A DNA stretch of 40,391 nt from an uncultured bacterium (lineage in GTDB: Bacteria; Chlamydiota; Chlamydiia; Chlamydiales; VFKH01), in contig CAIMEJ010000027.1 of the NCBI GenBank assembly GCA_903839985.1, forward strand, positions 1 to 40,391, read 5' to 3'. Under the pieces are notes generated by a model. It worked only from the letters and a program-made list of their open reading frames with translations, made no database searches and was not told the DNA's origin. The translations under genes were made by a program, and so were the position numbers. Position 1 is the stretch's first letter, and each line of letters begins with the position of its first letter. Below, one piece after another: positions 25,497-33,964 of the stretch.

Positions 25497-25663
25497 GACG
25501 AATTTATGTACGGTAGTCCCGGGGTATCGTTTTCTTAAATTCTTCGCTAAACTTGGCCCCAGGATTGTTAACTGCTTCTTTCAAATTCTCTTTACCATCG
25601 AAGTAAATTTTTCTTTCTTTCCAAGGCTTTAATAGGATATATTTTTTAAAGAAGGAACTCGTT

Positions 25664-26434
25664 ATGAAAAAACTAATCTGCCTGCTAGCTTTTGCCTCCT
25701 CTCTCTTAGCTTATGATATGCATTATCATAAAATTCCTGGATCCTCTCAACGCACCCTTATCTGTCTTCATGGTTACGGAGATAACTATACCTTAGGACC
25801 CCGGCTCAAAGAAAAAGCTTCCCTCTGTGATACCATTATAAGCTTTAATTTTCCCGATCATGACATCAAAGAAAAAGATGATCATAGCAAATCCACTTTC
25901 GGTACACAGGCCGAAATTCTTCCAGCCCTAGATGTTCTTAAAAAATGTATTATTGAAGAGGGGCGCAGTCCGATTACCCTCTACGGAATGTCTGCTGGTG
26001 GGGGCGCTGTTATTAATATTCTCTCTGTAATATATGGCAGTCAACCCAGCAATTTGTCGCCGGATGAGCGCAAAAAAATCGGATGTGAGCTGGAAAAAGG
26101 CATTATCATTCTAGATGTCCCCTTTCGTTCTATTGATGAGATTATAGCACATCGAGGATGTAGTTCTCCTGAACTGGCCCTCATTGCAAAGCGTCATCAA
26201 GAAAATAATATGTGCCCAATTGAAGCCCTTCAAAAACTCAAAAATCTCCATTTAGATATTATCGTTTATATTGCTAAGCCCGACGAGGTTATATCCAATC
26301 GTGATGATGAAATCTTCATTAAATACCTTAAAGCAGCCAATTCTCTAGGTACTACCACTGTTATTTATGGAGAAAAAGGGCGCCACAGTGGTTGCCATAA
26401 AGAGCTGTGGAACTATTATAAAACCAGGCCCTAA
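25664..26434 (+). CDS. Secreted alpha/beta-hydrolase (esterase/lipase-like)
   Basis: The signal peptide is MKKLICLLAFASSLLA. The nucleophile elbow is LYGMSAGG (GxSxG). HG lies near the N-terminus (LHGYGDN), and a late His (GRHSGCH) is consistent with a Ser-Asp-His triad. Confidence 0.7.
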   Translation: MKKLICLLAFASSLLAYDMHYHKIPGSSQRTLICLHGYGDNYTLGPRLKEKASLCDTIISFNFPDHDIKEKDDHSKSTFGTQAEILPALDVLKKCIIEEGRSPITLYGMSAGGGAVINILSVIYGSQPSNLSPDERKKIGCELEKGIIILDVPFRSIDEIIAHRGCSSPELALIAKRHQENNMCPIEALQKLKNLHLDIIVYIAKPDEVISNRDDEIFIKYLKAANSLGTTTVIYGEKGRHSGCHKELWNYYKTRP

Positions 26435-26529
26435 AACATCTTGTTTTTGCCTTTGCATTTTCCTTTTCCCCTTTCCTCTTGCCTTTTTTATGCCCTTTCT
26501 TAATTATCGGGACTTTCTAGGAGAAAATC

Positions 26530-26880
26530 ATGGCTAAACCTCTCGTATCACGACACAAAGCAGACAAGCTCGCACTTGCTACCTTTTTAGTGGGGCTAGC
26601 CATCTTAAGTTATACAGAAAGCTGGTGGCCAGGCCTGGCTTTAGCTTTGGGAGCCGCTCTTTTTGCAAAAAGATTATTTGAAGGCAAGTATTATGAATCG
26701 CTTCTTACCCTCGCTGTTTTTGGCGCAGTTTTTGCATCTGTAAAATATAATATCTCTTGGATAGCCGCTCTTTTTTTAATCGCCGCCATTGTGCTTGTTT
26801 TTCAAGCTTTTATGAATACTCCTGCCGATGAAATAGAAGAAGAGGAAGAACTAGAGAAAGAACTGGAAGAGGACGATTGA
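26530..26880 (+). CDS. Small four-helix membrane protein with highly acidic C-terminal tail
   Basis: A 116-aa ORF preceded by AGGAGA. It has four hydrophobic segments and ends ADEIEEEEELEKELEEDD. Its stop overlaps the TTG start of pknD. Confidence 0.6.
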   Translation: MAKPLVSRHKADKLALATFLVGLAILSYTESWWPGLALALGAALFAKRLFEGKYYESLLTLAVFGAVFASVKYNISWIAALFLIAAIVLVFQAFMNTPADEIEEEEELEKELEEDD

Positions 26881-29462
26881 GTACTCCTTCCTACATTGGA
26901 CCCTACCGCATTATTAAAGAGATCGGCAAAGGCGGCATGGGAGAGGTCTTCTTGGCCTATGATCCGGTCGTTGAGCGGGAGGTTGCCCTTAAAAGAGTCC
27001 GTGGAGATCTTAATACTCGAGAGGTAATCCGTAAGCGCTTTTTGAGGGAAGCCAAAATTACAGGACAGCTAGCTCACCCCTCTATCGTACCGATCTATAA
27101 TTTACATGAAGAAGACTCTGAACTCTATTATATTATGCCTTATATCGAAGGGGCTACACTGAAAGAGATGCTTTTAGAGGGCTCTCATTCTATTGCCTCT
27201 TTAGCCCCCATCTTCTTTTCGATATGTCAGGCTATTGCTTTTGCCCATTCACGTGGCTACATTCATAGAGATATTAAGCCTGAAAATGTACTCGTAGGAA
27301 AATATGGGCAGGTACAGATCCTTGATTGGGGGCTTGTAAAAGCCTTTAATGAACCCGAAGTAGAGATAGACATGCCTCCTATCAAGGAAGAGGGTGTTAC
27401 CCAACCAGGTAAAATTGTCGGGACACTCGCCTACATGGCTCCTGAACGAATGTTCCGCCATCCCTCTACCATCCTCAGTGATATTTATGCCCTCGGTGTT
27501 ATCCTATACCAAATTTTAGCGCTCAGGCTCCCTTTTAGACGCTCTGATATTAAAATGTTTAAACGTCATCTGAAGGATGAACACTTTATTGATCCTGCAA
27601 AAAAAGCGCCCTACCGCGATGTGCCCCCAGAACTGGCTCATATCGCCCGCAAGTGTCTTTTCAAACAGCCTAAAAAGCGCTACCAATCCGTTGATGATCT
27701 GATTCGTGATCTCAAAGCTTATTTTGAGGGGCGCTCTCAGTGGTTTGCTAAAGCTCGTTTAGAGATAGACAGTAAAAAACATTGGCTCTTTCAAGAGCAT
27801 ATCGTTATGCAAGAGCATAATCTGATTATTCGAGGACTAGAGAGCACCGAATGGGTCCTTATGATGGTATCTAAGGAGCTTTTTGCCGGAAATGTCCGCA
27901 TGCTAACCTCTATTCGTTTCGATGAGGCCTCCCACGGCCTGGGTCTTATGCTTGGAGTGCCAGATACCGAGCAAAGCCAGGAGCTAGGAGAGGGGTTCTG
28001 CCTATGGATCACCCCACCCGGACAGATACGTCTTCTTAAATCGCATGTTACCCTCTTAGAAATAAATGATTTTGATATCCAAACAGGTGTGGACTACACC
28101 CTGATTTTTGAAAAAATTGATAACAAGATATCTTTCTTTCTTAATGACTTATGCGTTCTTTCCTACACTAGTCACCTCCCCATTGCGGCTGGTCATATAG
28201 GTGTTCTTTTTAAAGATAGACACTTTCATCTCGATCCTATTTCTGTATTTGTAGGTAGTCTTAACCTGGCTGTTAGCTGTCTGAGCATTCCTGATGCCTT
28301 CTTAGCCACCCGCCACTATGGGACGGCTCTTGCTGAATATCGCCGCATTGGTGCAGCTTTTTCGGGAAGAGCAGAAGGGCGTGAAGCCCTTTTTCGTGCT
28401 GGCATTACACTTCTTGAAGAGGCCTCTTCTCTTCCTGATCATGCTATGAGAGAACTCAAATTAGAAGCAGCCCATAAAGAGTTTGAAAAATTACGCTTAA
28501 CAGCGGCCTCTCCCTTAGAGTACTTAGGTAAAGCCCTGATATACGAAAGCCAGAACGAGAGTGAGGAGGAGTCCAAATGCTTCCAATTTGCTCTTCGCCG
28601 TTATAAAGACCACCCCCTTCTAAACCCTCTTCAAGAACAGCTTTTGCTGCGCCTACATGAAAGCTCACGCAAAAATCGCACCGCTGCTTTTCGCTTTATG
28701 CTCATTGTACTGCAAGAACTTCCCCACATCGGACGTCAAAAGCAAACAACCAAACTCATTAAACGATTAGAACGTTATAATGAACAGCTTCCCTTTATGG
28801 CCTTGCCCACTATTCCCGAAAATCATGATCTGCATTTAGCCAGCCAGCTGGCCTTCTGGCTTGGACAAACAAGTGCGCTTGAAGAGATAGCACTCCTGGG
28901 TGATAGCTTAGGAAATAACTGCTGGTCGGCCCTTTTACATCTGGGCATCACACCTCCAAGTAGTTATAATTATTCTTTTGATGACAAGCTCTTTCTTATG
29001 GAAGAAGGCTTTGATAAAGGCGATCTGAGCATAGAAATTCCAGAAGCGTATAATAGCGAAGAAAACATTGCCCTCGACTGCCGCCTTATCTGGAAAGACT
29101 TATTAAATAGGGCATTTGAAAAAGCCTTGGAGCGTCTGCATAAATACCCTATGTCGGTGCTAAGTCATGAAATGAATATTTTACACTACCTCTTTGGATG
29201 CACCCTTTTGGCACTGGAGGGGGAACCAATAGCCGCGGCTCATCTGAGTGGTATTTTTGATACAGCTTTCCCAAGAACATGGCAGACGGCAACACATTTT
29301 CTCTATAGTAAAGATTTTGACCGCAGTAGCTGGTTGGACCAGGCCTTTTATTGGGAAAAAAAACAGCTTTATAGACAACTCTCCTTATTTTATCATTGTG
29401 CCGGAGATGAGAAACAACTAGTCCATTACCAAGAACTTCTCAGAAATTTAAACTATGAATGA
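26877..29462 (+). CDS. pknD: Hanks-type Ser/Thr protein kinase, PknD-like, with long C-terminal helical-repeat region
   Basis: The Gly loop is IGKGGMGEVFLA, followed by VALKRV. The catalytic loop is HRDIKPENVL, with DWGL at the DFG position and GTLAYMAPE. It lies directly upstream of valS, as I recall for Chlamydia. The TTG start overlaps the upstream stop. Confidence 0.9.
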   Translation: MSTPSYIGPYRIIKEIGKGGMGEVFLAYDPVVEREVALKRVRGDLNTREVIRKRFLREAKITGQLAHPSIVPIYNLHEEDSELYYIMPYIEGATLKEMLLEGSHSIASLAPIFFSICQAIAFAHSRGYIHRDIKPENVLVGKYGQVQILDWGLVKAFNEPEVEIDMPPIKEEGVTQPGKIVGTLAYMAPERMFRHPSTILSDIYALGVILYQILALRLPFRRSDIKMFKRHLKDEHFIDPAKKAPYRDVPPELAHIARKCLFKQPKKRYQSVDDLIRDLKAYFEGRSQWFAKARLEIDSKKHWLFQEHIVMQEHNLIIRGLESTEWVLMMVSKELFAGNVRMLTSIRFDEASHGLGLMLGVPDTEQSQELGEGFCLWITPPGQIRLLKSHVTLLEINDFDIQTGVDYTLIFEKIDNKISFFLNDLCVLSYTSHLPIAAGHIGVLFKDRHFHLDPISVFVGSLNLAVSCLSIPDAFLATRHYGTALAEYRRIGAAFSGRAEGREALFRAGITLLEEASSLPDHAMRELKLEAAHKEFEKLRLTAASPLEYLGKALIYESQNESEEESKCFQFALRRYKDHPLLNPLQEQLLLRLHESSRKNRTAAFRFMLIVLQELPHIGRQKQTTKLIKRLERYNEQLPFMALPTIPENHDLHLASQLAFWLGQTSALEEIALLGDSLGNNCWSALLHLGITPPSSYNYSFDDKLFLMEEGFDKGDLSIEIPEAYNSEENIALDCRLIWKDLLNRAFEKALERLHKYPMSVLSHEMNILHYLFGCTLLALEGEPIAAAHLSGIFDTAFPRTWQTATHFLYSKDFDRSSWLDQAFYWEKKQLYRQLSLFYHCAGDEKQLVHYQELLRNLNYE

Positions 29463-32136
29463 CCTGCCTAAAAGTTTTGACCCTAAAATTGCTGAAAGTA
29501 AGTGGTATTCCTTCTGGGAAGAACAAGGCTTTTTTAAAGCAGATAGTAATAGCTCTAAACCAGCTTACACAATCAGCATACCCCCGCCTAACGTAACGGG
29601 TGTTTTACATATGGGACATGCCCTTGTTAACACCCTCCAAGATATCCTGACTCGTTATAAACGCATGGATGGCTATGAGGCTCTTTGGGTTCCAGGCACT
29701 GATCATGCGGGCATTTCCACACAAACTGTTGTAGAAAGAAAACTCTTAGCGCAAGAAGGCAAACGACGGGCTGATTATAGCCGTGAAGAGTTTTTAAAAC
29801 ATGTATGGGCATGGAAAGAAGAAAGCGAAAGCTCTATTTTAGGACAGCTCAAAAAACTGGGGGCCTCTTGTGACTGGTCCAGGCTGCGCTTCACCATGGA
29901 CGAACAAAACAACCAGGCCGTACGCACTGCTTTTCAACGCCTTTTCGATGAGGGTCTTATCTATCGCGGTCTTTATCTAGTCAACTGGGACCCTGTTACA
30001 GAAACAGCTCTTGCCGATGATGAAGTAGAATACGAAGAAGTAGAAGACTTTATCTGGTATTTGAAATATCCCCTTAAAAACGGGGGCTTCGCCGTTGTTG
30101 CAACCACCCGCCCGGAAACCCTTCTTGGTGATACAGCCATTGCCGTTAACCCCGATGATGAGCGCTTTAAAAACCTGATTGGAACCATGGCCCTTGTGCC
30201 TTTTGTTAATCGAGAAATTCCAATTATTGCCGATCGCCTCATTGATAAAAGCTTTGGTAGCGGCATGGTAAAGGTTACTCCAGCTCACGACCCGAATGAC
30301 TATCAAATGGGCTTAAATCATCAATTACCGATGATCAACATCATGACTCCCGCTGGCCGTATTAATGAAGCAGGCGGCCCCTTTACCGGTCTAACGATGC
30401 TGGAAGCACGCCACAAAGTCGTTGAAGAAATGCGGGTGCTTGGATTAATAGAAAAAATAGAGCCTCATAAAAAACGTGTGGGTATCTCTTACCGCTCCAA
30501 AGCTGTCATTGAGCCCTACCTCTCCAAGCAATGGTTTGTCAAGATGTCTGGCTTTGCCAAACGTCTTCAAGCGGCTGTAAGAGAAAAAAAGATTAAACTT
30601 ATTCCCGAATCCTTTGAAAGCACTTACTTCCACTGGGTGGACAATCTACGTGACTGGTGTATTAGCCGCCAGCTTTGGTGGGGTCATCGCATTCCGATTT
30701 GGTATAAGGGCGAAGAGATGGTCTGCTCCAGCCATTCACCAGGTCCTGACTGGGTCCAAGACCCTGATGTTCTGGACACTTGGTTTTCCTCTGCTCTTTG
30801 GCCCTTCGCTGTGCTCGGCTGGCCTGAAAAGAGTGCTGATTTTCAGAAATTCTATCCCAATAATACACTTGTTACTGGTCACGACATCCTCTTTTTCTGG
30901 GTAGCACGTATGCTTTTAATGGGGGAATATTTAACAGGCGAGCTCCCCTTCCCAGAAACGTTCCTCCATGGCCTTATCTTCGGAAAGTCTTATTGGCGCA
31001 AATCAGGCAGTTCTATTGTTTATGTAAGTGCTAGTGAAAGAGAGGCGTTTGAATCAGGATCACCGATACCAAAAGATGTCTCTTACAAATGGGAAAAGAT
31101 GTCCAAATCGAAGGGCAATGTGATCGATCCTCTGGCTATGATTGATAAATATGGTACAGATGCCGTGCGCATGACTCTTGCGGCCAGCTCTCCACAAAAC
31201 AGGCAAATCGATCTAGATAGCCGTAAATTCGAAGAGTTTAAAAACTTTATTAATAAAATCTGGAATGGCGCCCGTTTTGTATTAATGAATCTAGAAGGTC
31301 CAAGTGAAGAGGGTCCTTTAGAGCTGGAAGATGAATGGATCCTTGCGCGTCTAGATGAGACAATTACCCATGTACGTAAACACCTGGATAGCTATGAGTT
31401 TGATAAGTATGCTAACTGCGCCTACGACTTCTTTTGGAATGATTTTTGCTCCCGCTACTTAGAGATAGCCAAACCTTTTCTTTATGGGAAAACAGGCACA
31501 AACTCCCATCAAGCAACAAAGCGAGCTATTCTCCTACGTGTTTTGAGTAACTGTTTAAAGCTATTACATCCTATAGCTCCTTTTATAACGGAAGAGATCT
31601 ACTCCCTGCTTCCAGGTAATAAGGAGCCTCTTATTATCTCTACATTCCCTAAACCCTTCTATGAGAAAGGCGATAGTGTCCTTCGCTCTTTTGCTTTTTT
31701 TGAAGAGATTATCACAAAAGTACGCGTCATCCGCGGAGAAATGGGGCTGCCTCCACAAGACTCTACGGATCTCTACCTTATAACCGTTGAAGAGTCCTTA
31801 CCTGCCTTTTTAAAAAAACATAGCGCTATCTTAAAAGGGCTGTTACCTGTCAAAGAGATCTTTATTACAGAAATAGAACCTCCGCTTCCCTTTTCAGGCT
31901 GTGCCTGTGTAGGAGAAGTTAAAATTATTGTGCCTTTGCCTGAAAGCTTTTTGCAGAAGGAAAAAGAGCGGCTGCAAAAAGAGCAGATTAAGCTACAAGA
32001 ACAGGTAGCAAAACTCGATATACAGCTTTCTAATAATGATTTTATCAGCCGGGCCCCTCCGGCCCTTGTGGAAAAATTACGTCTGCAGCGCCATGATGCT
32101 ATGCATGCGCTAAAAGAGATGGCAAAGAAGTTATGA
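29455..32136 (+). CDS. valS: Valine--tRNA ligase
   Basis: The class I motifs PPPNVTGVLHMGHA (HIGH) and KMSKSKGN are present. The editing-domain block is TTRPETLLGDTA, and there is a C-terminal coiled coil. It overlaps pknD by 8 nt. Confidence 0.95.
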   Translation: MNDLPKSFDPKIAESKWYSFWEEQGFFKADSNSSKPAYTISIPPPNVTGVLHMGHALVNTLQDILTRYKRMDGYEALWVPGTDHAGISTQTVVERKLLAQEGKRRADYSREEFLKHVWAWKEESESSILGQLKKLGASCDWSRLRFTMDEQNNQAVRTAFQRLFDEGLIYRGLYLVNWDPVTETALADDEVEYEEVEDFIWYLKYPLKNGGFAVVATTRPETLLGDTAIAVNPDDERFKNLIGTMALVPFVNREIPIIADRLIDKSFGSGMVKVTPAHDPNDYQMGLNHQLPMINIMTPAGRINEAGGPFTGLTMLEARHKVVEEMRVLGLIEKIEPHKKRVGISYRSKAVIEPYLSKQWFVKMSGFAKRLQAAVREKKIKLIPESFESTYFHWVDNLRDWCISRQLWWGHRIPIWYKGEEMVCSSHSPGPDWVQDPDVLDTWFSSALWPFAVLGWPEKSADFQKFYPNNTLVTGHDILFFWVARMLLMGEYLTGELPFPETFLHGLIFGKSYWRKSGSSIVYVSASEREAFESGSPIPKDVSYKWEKMSKSKGNVIDPLAMIDKYGTDAVRMTLAASSPQNRQIDLDSRKFEEFKNFINKIWNGARFVLMNLEGPSEEGPLELEDEWILARLDETITHVRKHLDSYEFDKYANCAYDFFWNDFCSRYLEIAKPFLYGKTGTNSHQATKRAILLRVLSNCLKLLHPIAPFITEEIYSLLPGNKEPLIISTFPKPFYEKGDSVLRSFAFFEEIITKVRVIRGEMGLPPQDSTDLYLITVEESLPAFLKKHSAILKGLLPVKEIFITEIEPPLPFSGCACVGEVKIIVPLPESFLQKEKERLQKEQIKLQEQVAKLDIQLSNNDFISRAPPALVEKLRLQRHDAMHALKEMAKKL

Positions 32137-32162
32137 TTACAGCAGGGGCCACCTTCCTATGA
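32133..32162 (+). other. 9-codon mini-ORF (MITAGATFL) bridging valS and acyP by two ATGA overlaps
   Basis: ATG 32133-32135 overlaps the valS TGA (32134-32136). The mini-ORF TGA (32160-32162) overlaps the acyP ATG (32159-32161). The 30 nt are a degenerate copy of the first 30 nt of acyP (MITVEATFHG). Confidence 0.3.
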
Positions 32163-32440
32163 TTACAGTAGAGGCTACTTTTCATGGCAAAGTGCAGAAT
32201 GTGGGGTTTAGGGCCACTATTAGGCGCTATGCTCTGCATTATAATCTTAAAGGATACGTCACAAATAAAAAAGACGGCAGTGTTATAGTGATAGCTCAAG
32301 GTGCTCAGGAGACCTTGGACGATTTTCTTGCCTCTATCAAGAATTATCCGCGCGGGGCTCGTATTAAAGAATCCACTTTCAAGAGTATCGATAATAAGGA
32401 GATATTTAGTAATTTTGCCATTCGTCCCGACCTCTCTTAA
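32159..32440 (+). CDS. acyP: Acylphosphatase
   Basis: A 93-aa ORF. Acylphosphatase signature 1 is FHGKVQNVGFRA and signature 2 is GYVTNKKDGSVIVIAQG. Confidence 0.85.
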   Translation: MITVEATFHGKVQNVGFRATIRRYALHYNLKGYVTNKKDGSVIVIAQGAQETLDDFLASIKNYPRGARIKESTFKSIDNKEIFSNFAIRPDLS

Positions 32441-33419
32441 CACCTCTTTTTCACGCCCTCTTCTGTCTCCAGGAGAAGCCTTAAAACGCTATCCATCTCC
32501 TTTTTTTTCTAGAGACGCTCTTCCAGCTGCTCTTGAAGGCATTGATGACCGCCTTATTATCGTTGTGGGCCCCTGCTCACTGCATGATATAGATTCTTCT
32601 CTAGAATATGCTAGGAGACTCAAAAAGCTCTCCTTAGCTGTAGAAAAAGAAGTGCTTATCGTTATGCGTGCTTTTATGGAAAAACCGCGTTCCACGATCG
32701 GCTGGAAAGGTTTTGTCTACGACTCTTCTTTTGAAGAGGGCATCCTCAACAGTCGCCAGCTTCTTTCTGAAATTGTTTCTATGGGCCTTTTTATTTCCAC
32801 GGAGTTTCTCCAGCCCCTTATTGCTCCTTATATAGCAGATCTTATTTCCATGGGCTTTATAGGGGCTCGTACAAGCTCTTCGCAAATCCACAGGGAAATG
32901 GCCTCCGCTCTTCCTTGCCCTGTAGGCTTCAAAAACAGTCTAGATGGTAATGTGAGCGTCGCTGTCCACGGCGCTCTCTCTGCTCGCTCGGCCCACTCTT
33001 TTATGACGATAGACACTTCAGGATCAGCTGTTGAGGCTCTTTCTACAGGTAACCCACACAGCTTTATTGTCTTACGTGGAAGCCTAGCGCGCCCTAACTA
33101 CTCTCCGGCTGACTGCTTAAAAGCTTTAGATCTTTTAAAAAAAGAGGGCCTTCCCCCTCAACTCTTTATTGACTGTTCTCACGGTAATAGTGGCAAAGAC
33201 TACATCAAACAAAAAGAGGTCTTCACCTCCTGCCTTTCCCTCAAAGAGCATCTGCCTATTCGAGGCCTTATGCTCGAAAGTCATTTGGAGTCTGGTAATA
33301 AGACTTCTATCACCGACAGCTGCCTTAGTTTTGAAGAAACAGAAGAACTCATCTATTTAGCAGCTAGTTGCTATCACCGATCCAATCAACCCACGGCTTT
33401 TGAAACTTGCAAGCAATAA
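32415..33419 (+). CDS. 3-deoxy-7-phosphoheptulonate (DAHP) synthase, class I (AroG/F/H-like)
   Basis: The motifs are DDRLIIVVGPCSLHD, KPRSTIGWKGF, GARTSSSQIHREMAS, CPVGFKN and IDCSHGNS. There is no in-frame ATG after acyP. I place the start at TTG 32415 (or ATT 32412), 10-13 nt downstream of a perfect AAGGAG at 32396-32401. The listed start at 32301 lies inside acyP in another frame. Confidence 0.8.
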   Translation: MPFVPTSLNTSFSRPLLSPGEALKRYPSPFFSRDALPAALEGIDDRLIIVVGPCSLHDIDSSLEYARRLKKLSLAVEKEVLIVMRAFMEKPRSTIGWKGFVYDSSFEEGILNSRQLLSEIVSMGLFISTEFLQPLIAPYIADLISMGFIGARTSSSQIHREMASALPCPVGFKNSLDGNVSVAVHGALSARSAHSFMTIDTSGSAVEALSTGNPHSFIVLRGSLARPNYSPADCLKALDLLKKEGLPPQLFIDCSHGNSGKDYIKQKEVFTSCLSLKEHLPIRGLMLESHLESGNKTSITDSCLSFEETEELIYLAASCYHRSNQPTAFETCKQ

Positions 33420-33804
33420 GCTGATTACCAGAGAATATTTCAGCACGCCAGGTTAATATCTCTCCATTTTTACACCAGTCATCCCCTAAGAAATAAAAGA
33501 CTTCTGACCCTCTATGACAGGTAAGTATTCTTTCTATAATTTCTAAACGATGACTAGACCTTATTAAGTGAATTTTTAGTTTAAAAGGCAAAGCAGCCTT
33601 ATGCCTACATATATCCCAAGAAACAACCATCTGCTGTCCTTTAAAAAAGCGGCAGCGCAGCGGATCGGGCGTTTCAGCGTAATAGCTTGCTAAATGCTTC
33701 TGGTTAATTTTTTCTGTGCGCACAGTAAGGGGTGAACAAGAAAAGAGCAGGAAAACCGGAGAAATTAAACAAAGGGCTTTCCTACTTAAATAAAGGGCTT
33801 TCAT
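33364..33804 (-). CDS. Hypothetical lipoprotein
   Basis: MKALYLSRKALCLISPVFLLFSCSP is a signal peptide with lipobox LFSC. The start could also be the Met four codons upstream (33816). The 3' end overlaps the convergent DAHP synthase gene by 56 nt. Confidence 0.55.
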   Translation of the reverse strand: MKALYLSRKALCLISPVFLLFSCSPLTVRTEKINQKHLASYYAETPDPLRCRFFKGQQMVVSWDICRHKAALPFKLKIHLIRSSHRLEIIERILTCHRGSEVFYFLGDDWCKNGEILTWRAEIFSGNQLIACKFQKPWVDWIGDSN

Positions 33805-33964
33805 AGCTTCTACCATATACCAAAAAACCCTTTTTTACTTTTATAAATTATTTCTATACTAAATTCTTAGGTAAGATGCATATAGTTTATTTAACAGTCC
33901 CTTTTTAAAAATGATAGAGAAAACAGGCTTCTCAATATGCTTAACAGTTAAATAGGATGCTAAA

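Noticed and set aside
25517-25663. Protein-like reading frame on the minus strand (..KIYFDGKENLKEAVNNPGAKFSEEFKKTIPRDYRT*) next to tRNA-Leu; a possible gene remnant
   Set aside because: There is no ATG, GTG or TTG start between the upstream in-frame TAA and the end of the frame. I cannot assign it to any family, so it could be chance. It is worth a tblastn check but is not reportable as a pseudogene.
29350-29357. Homopolymeric A/T runs of 8 nt inside genes (e.g. 211-218, 15311-15318, 29350-29357, 32501-32508) and a G6 run at 2934-2939, considered as possible phase-variation tracts
   Set aside because: They encode Lys/Phe/Gly runs in intact frames. Such lengths look unremarkable in an AT-leaning genome, and there is no sign of frameshifted copies.
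32301-32414. N-terminal 38 codons of the listed 372-aa DAHP synthase ORF
   Set aside because: This part lies inside acyP in another frame, has no DAHP-synthase-like sequence, and sits upstream of the AAGGAG RBS. It is treated as a fortuitously open frame.
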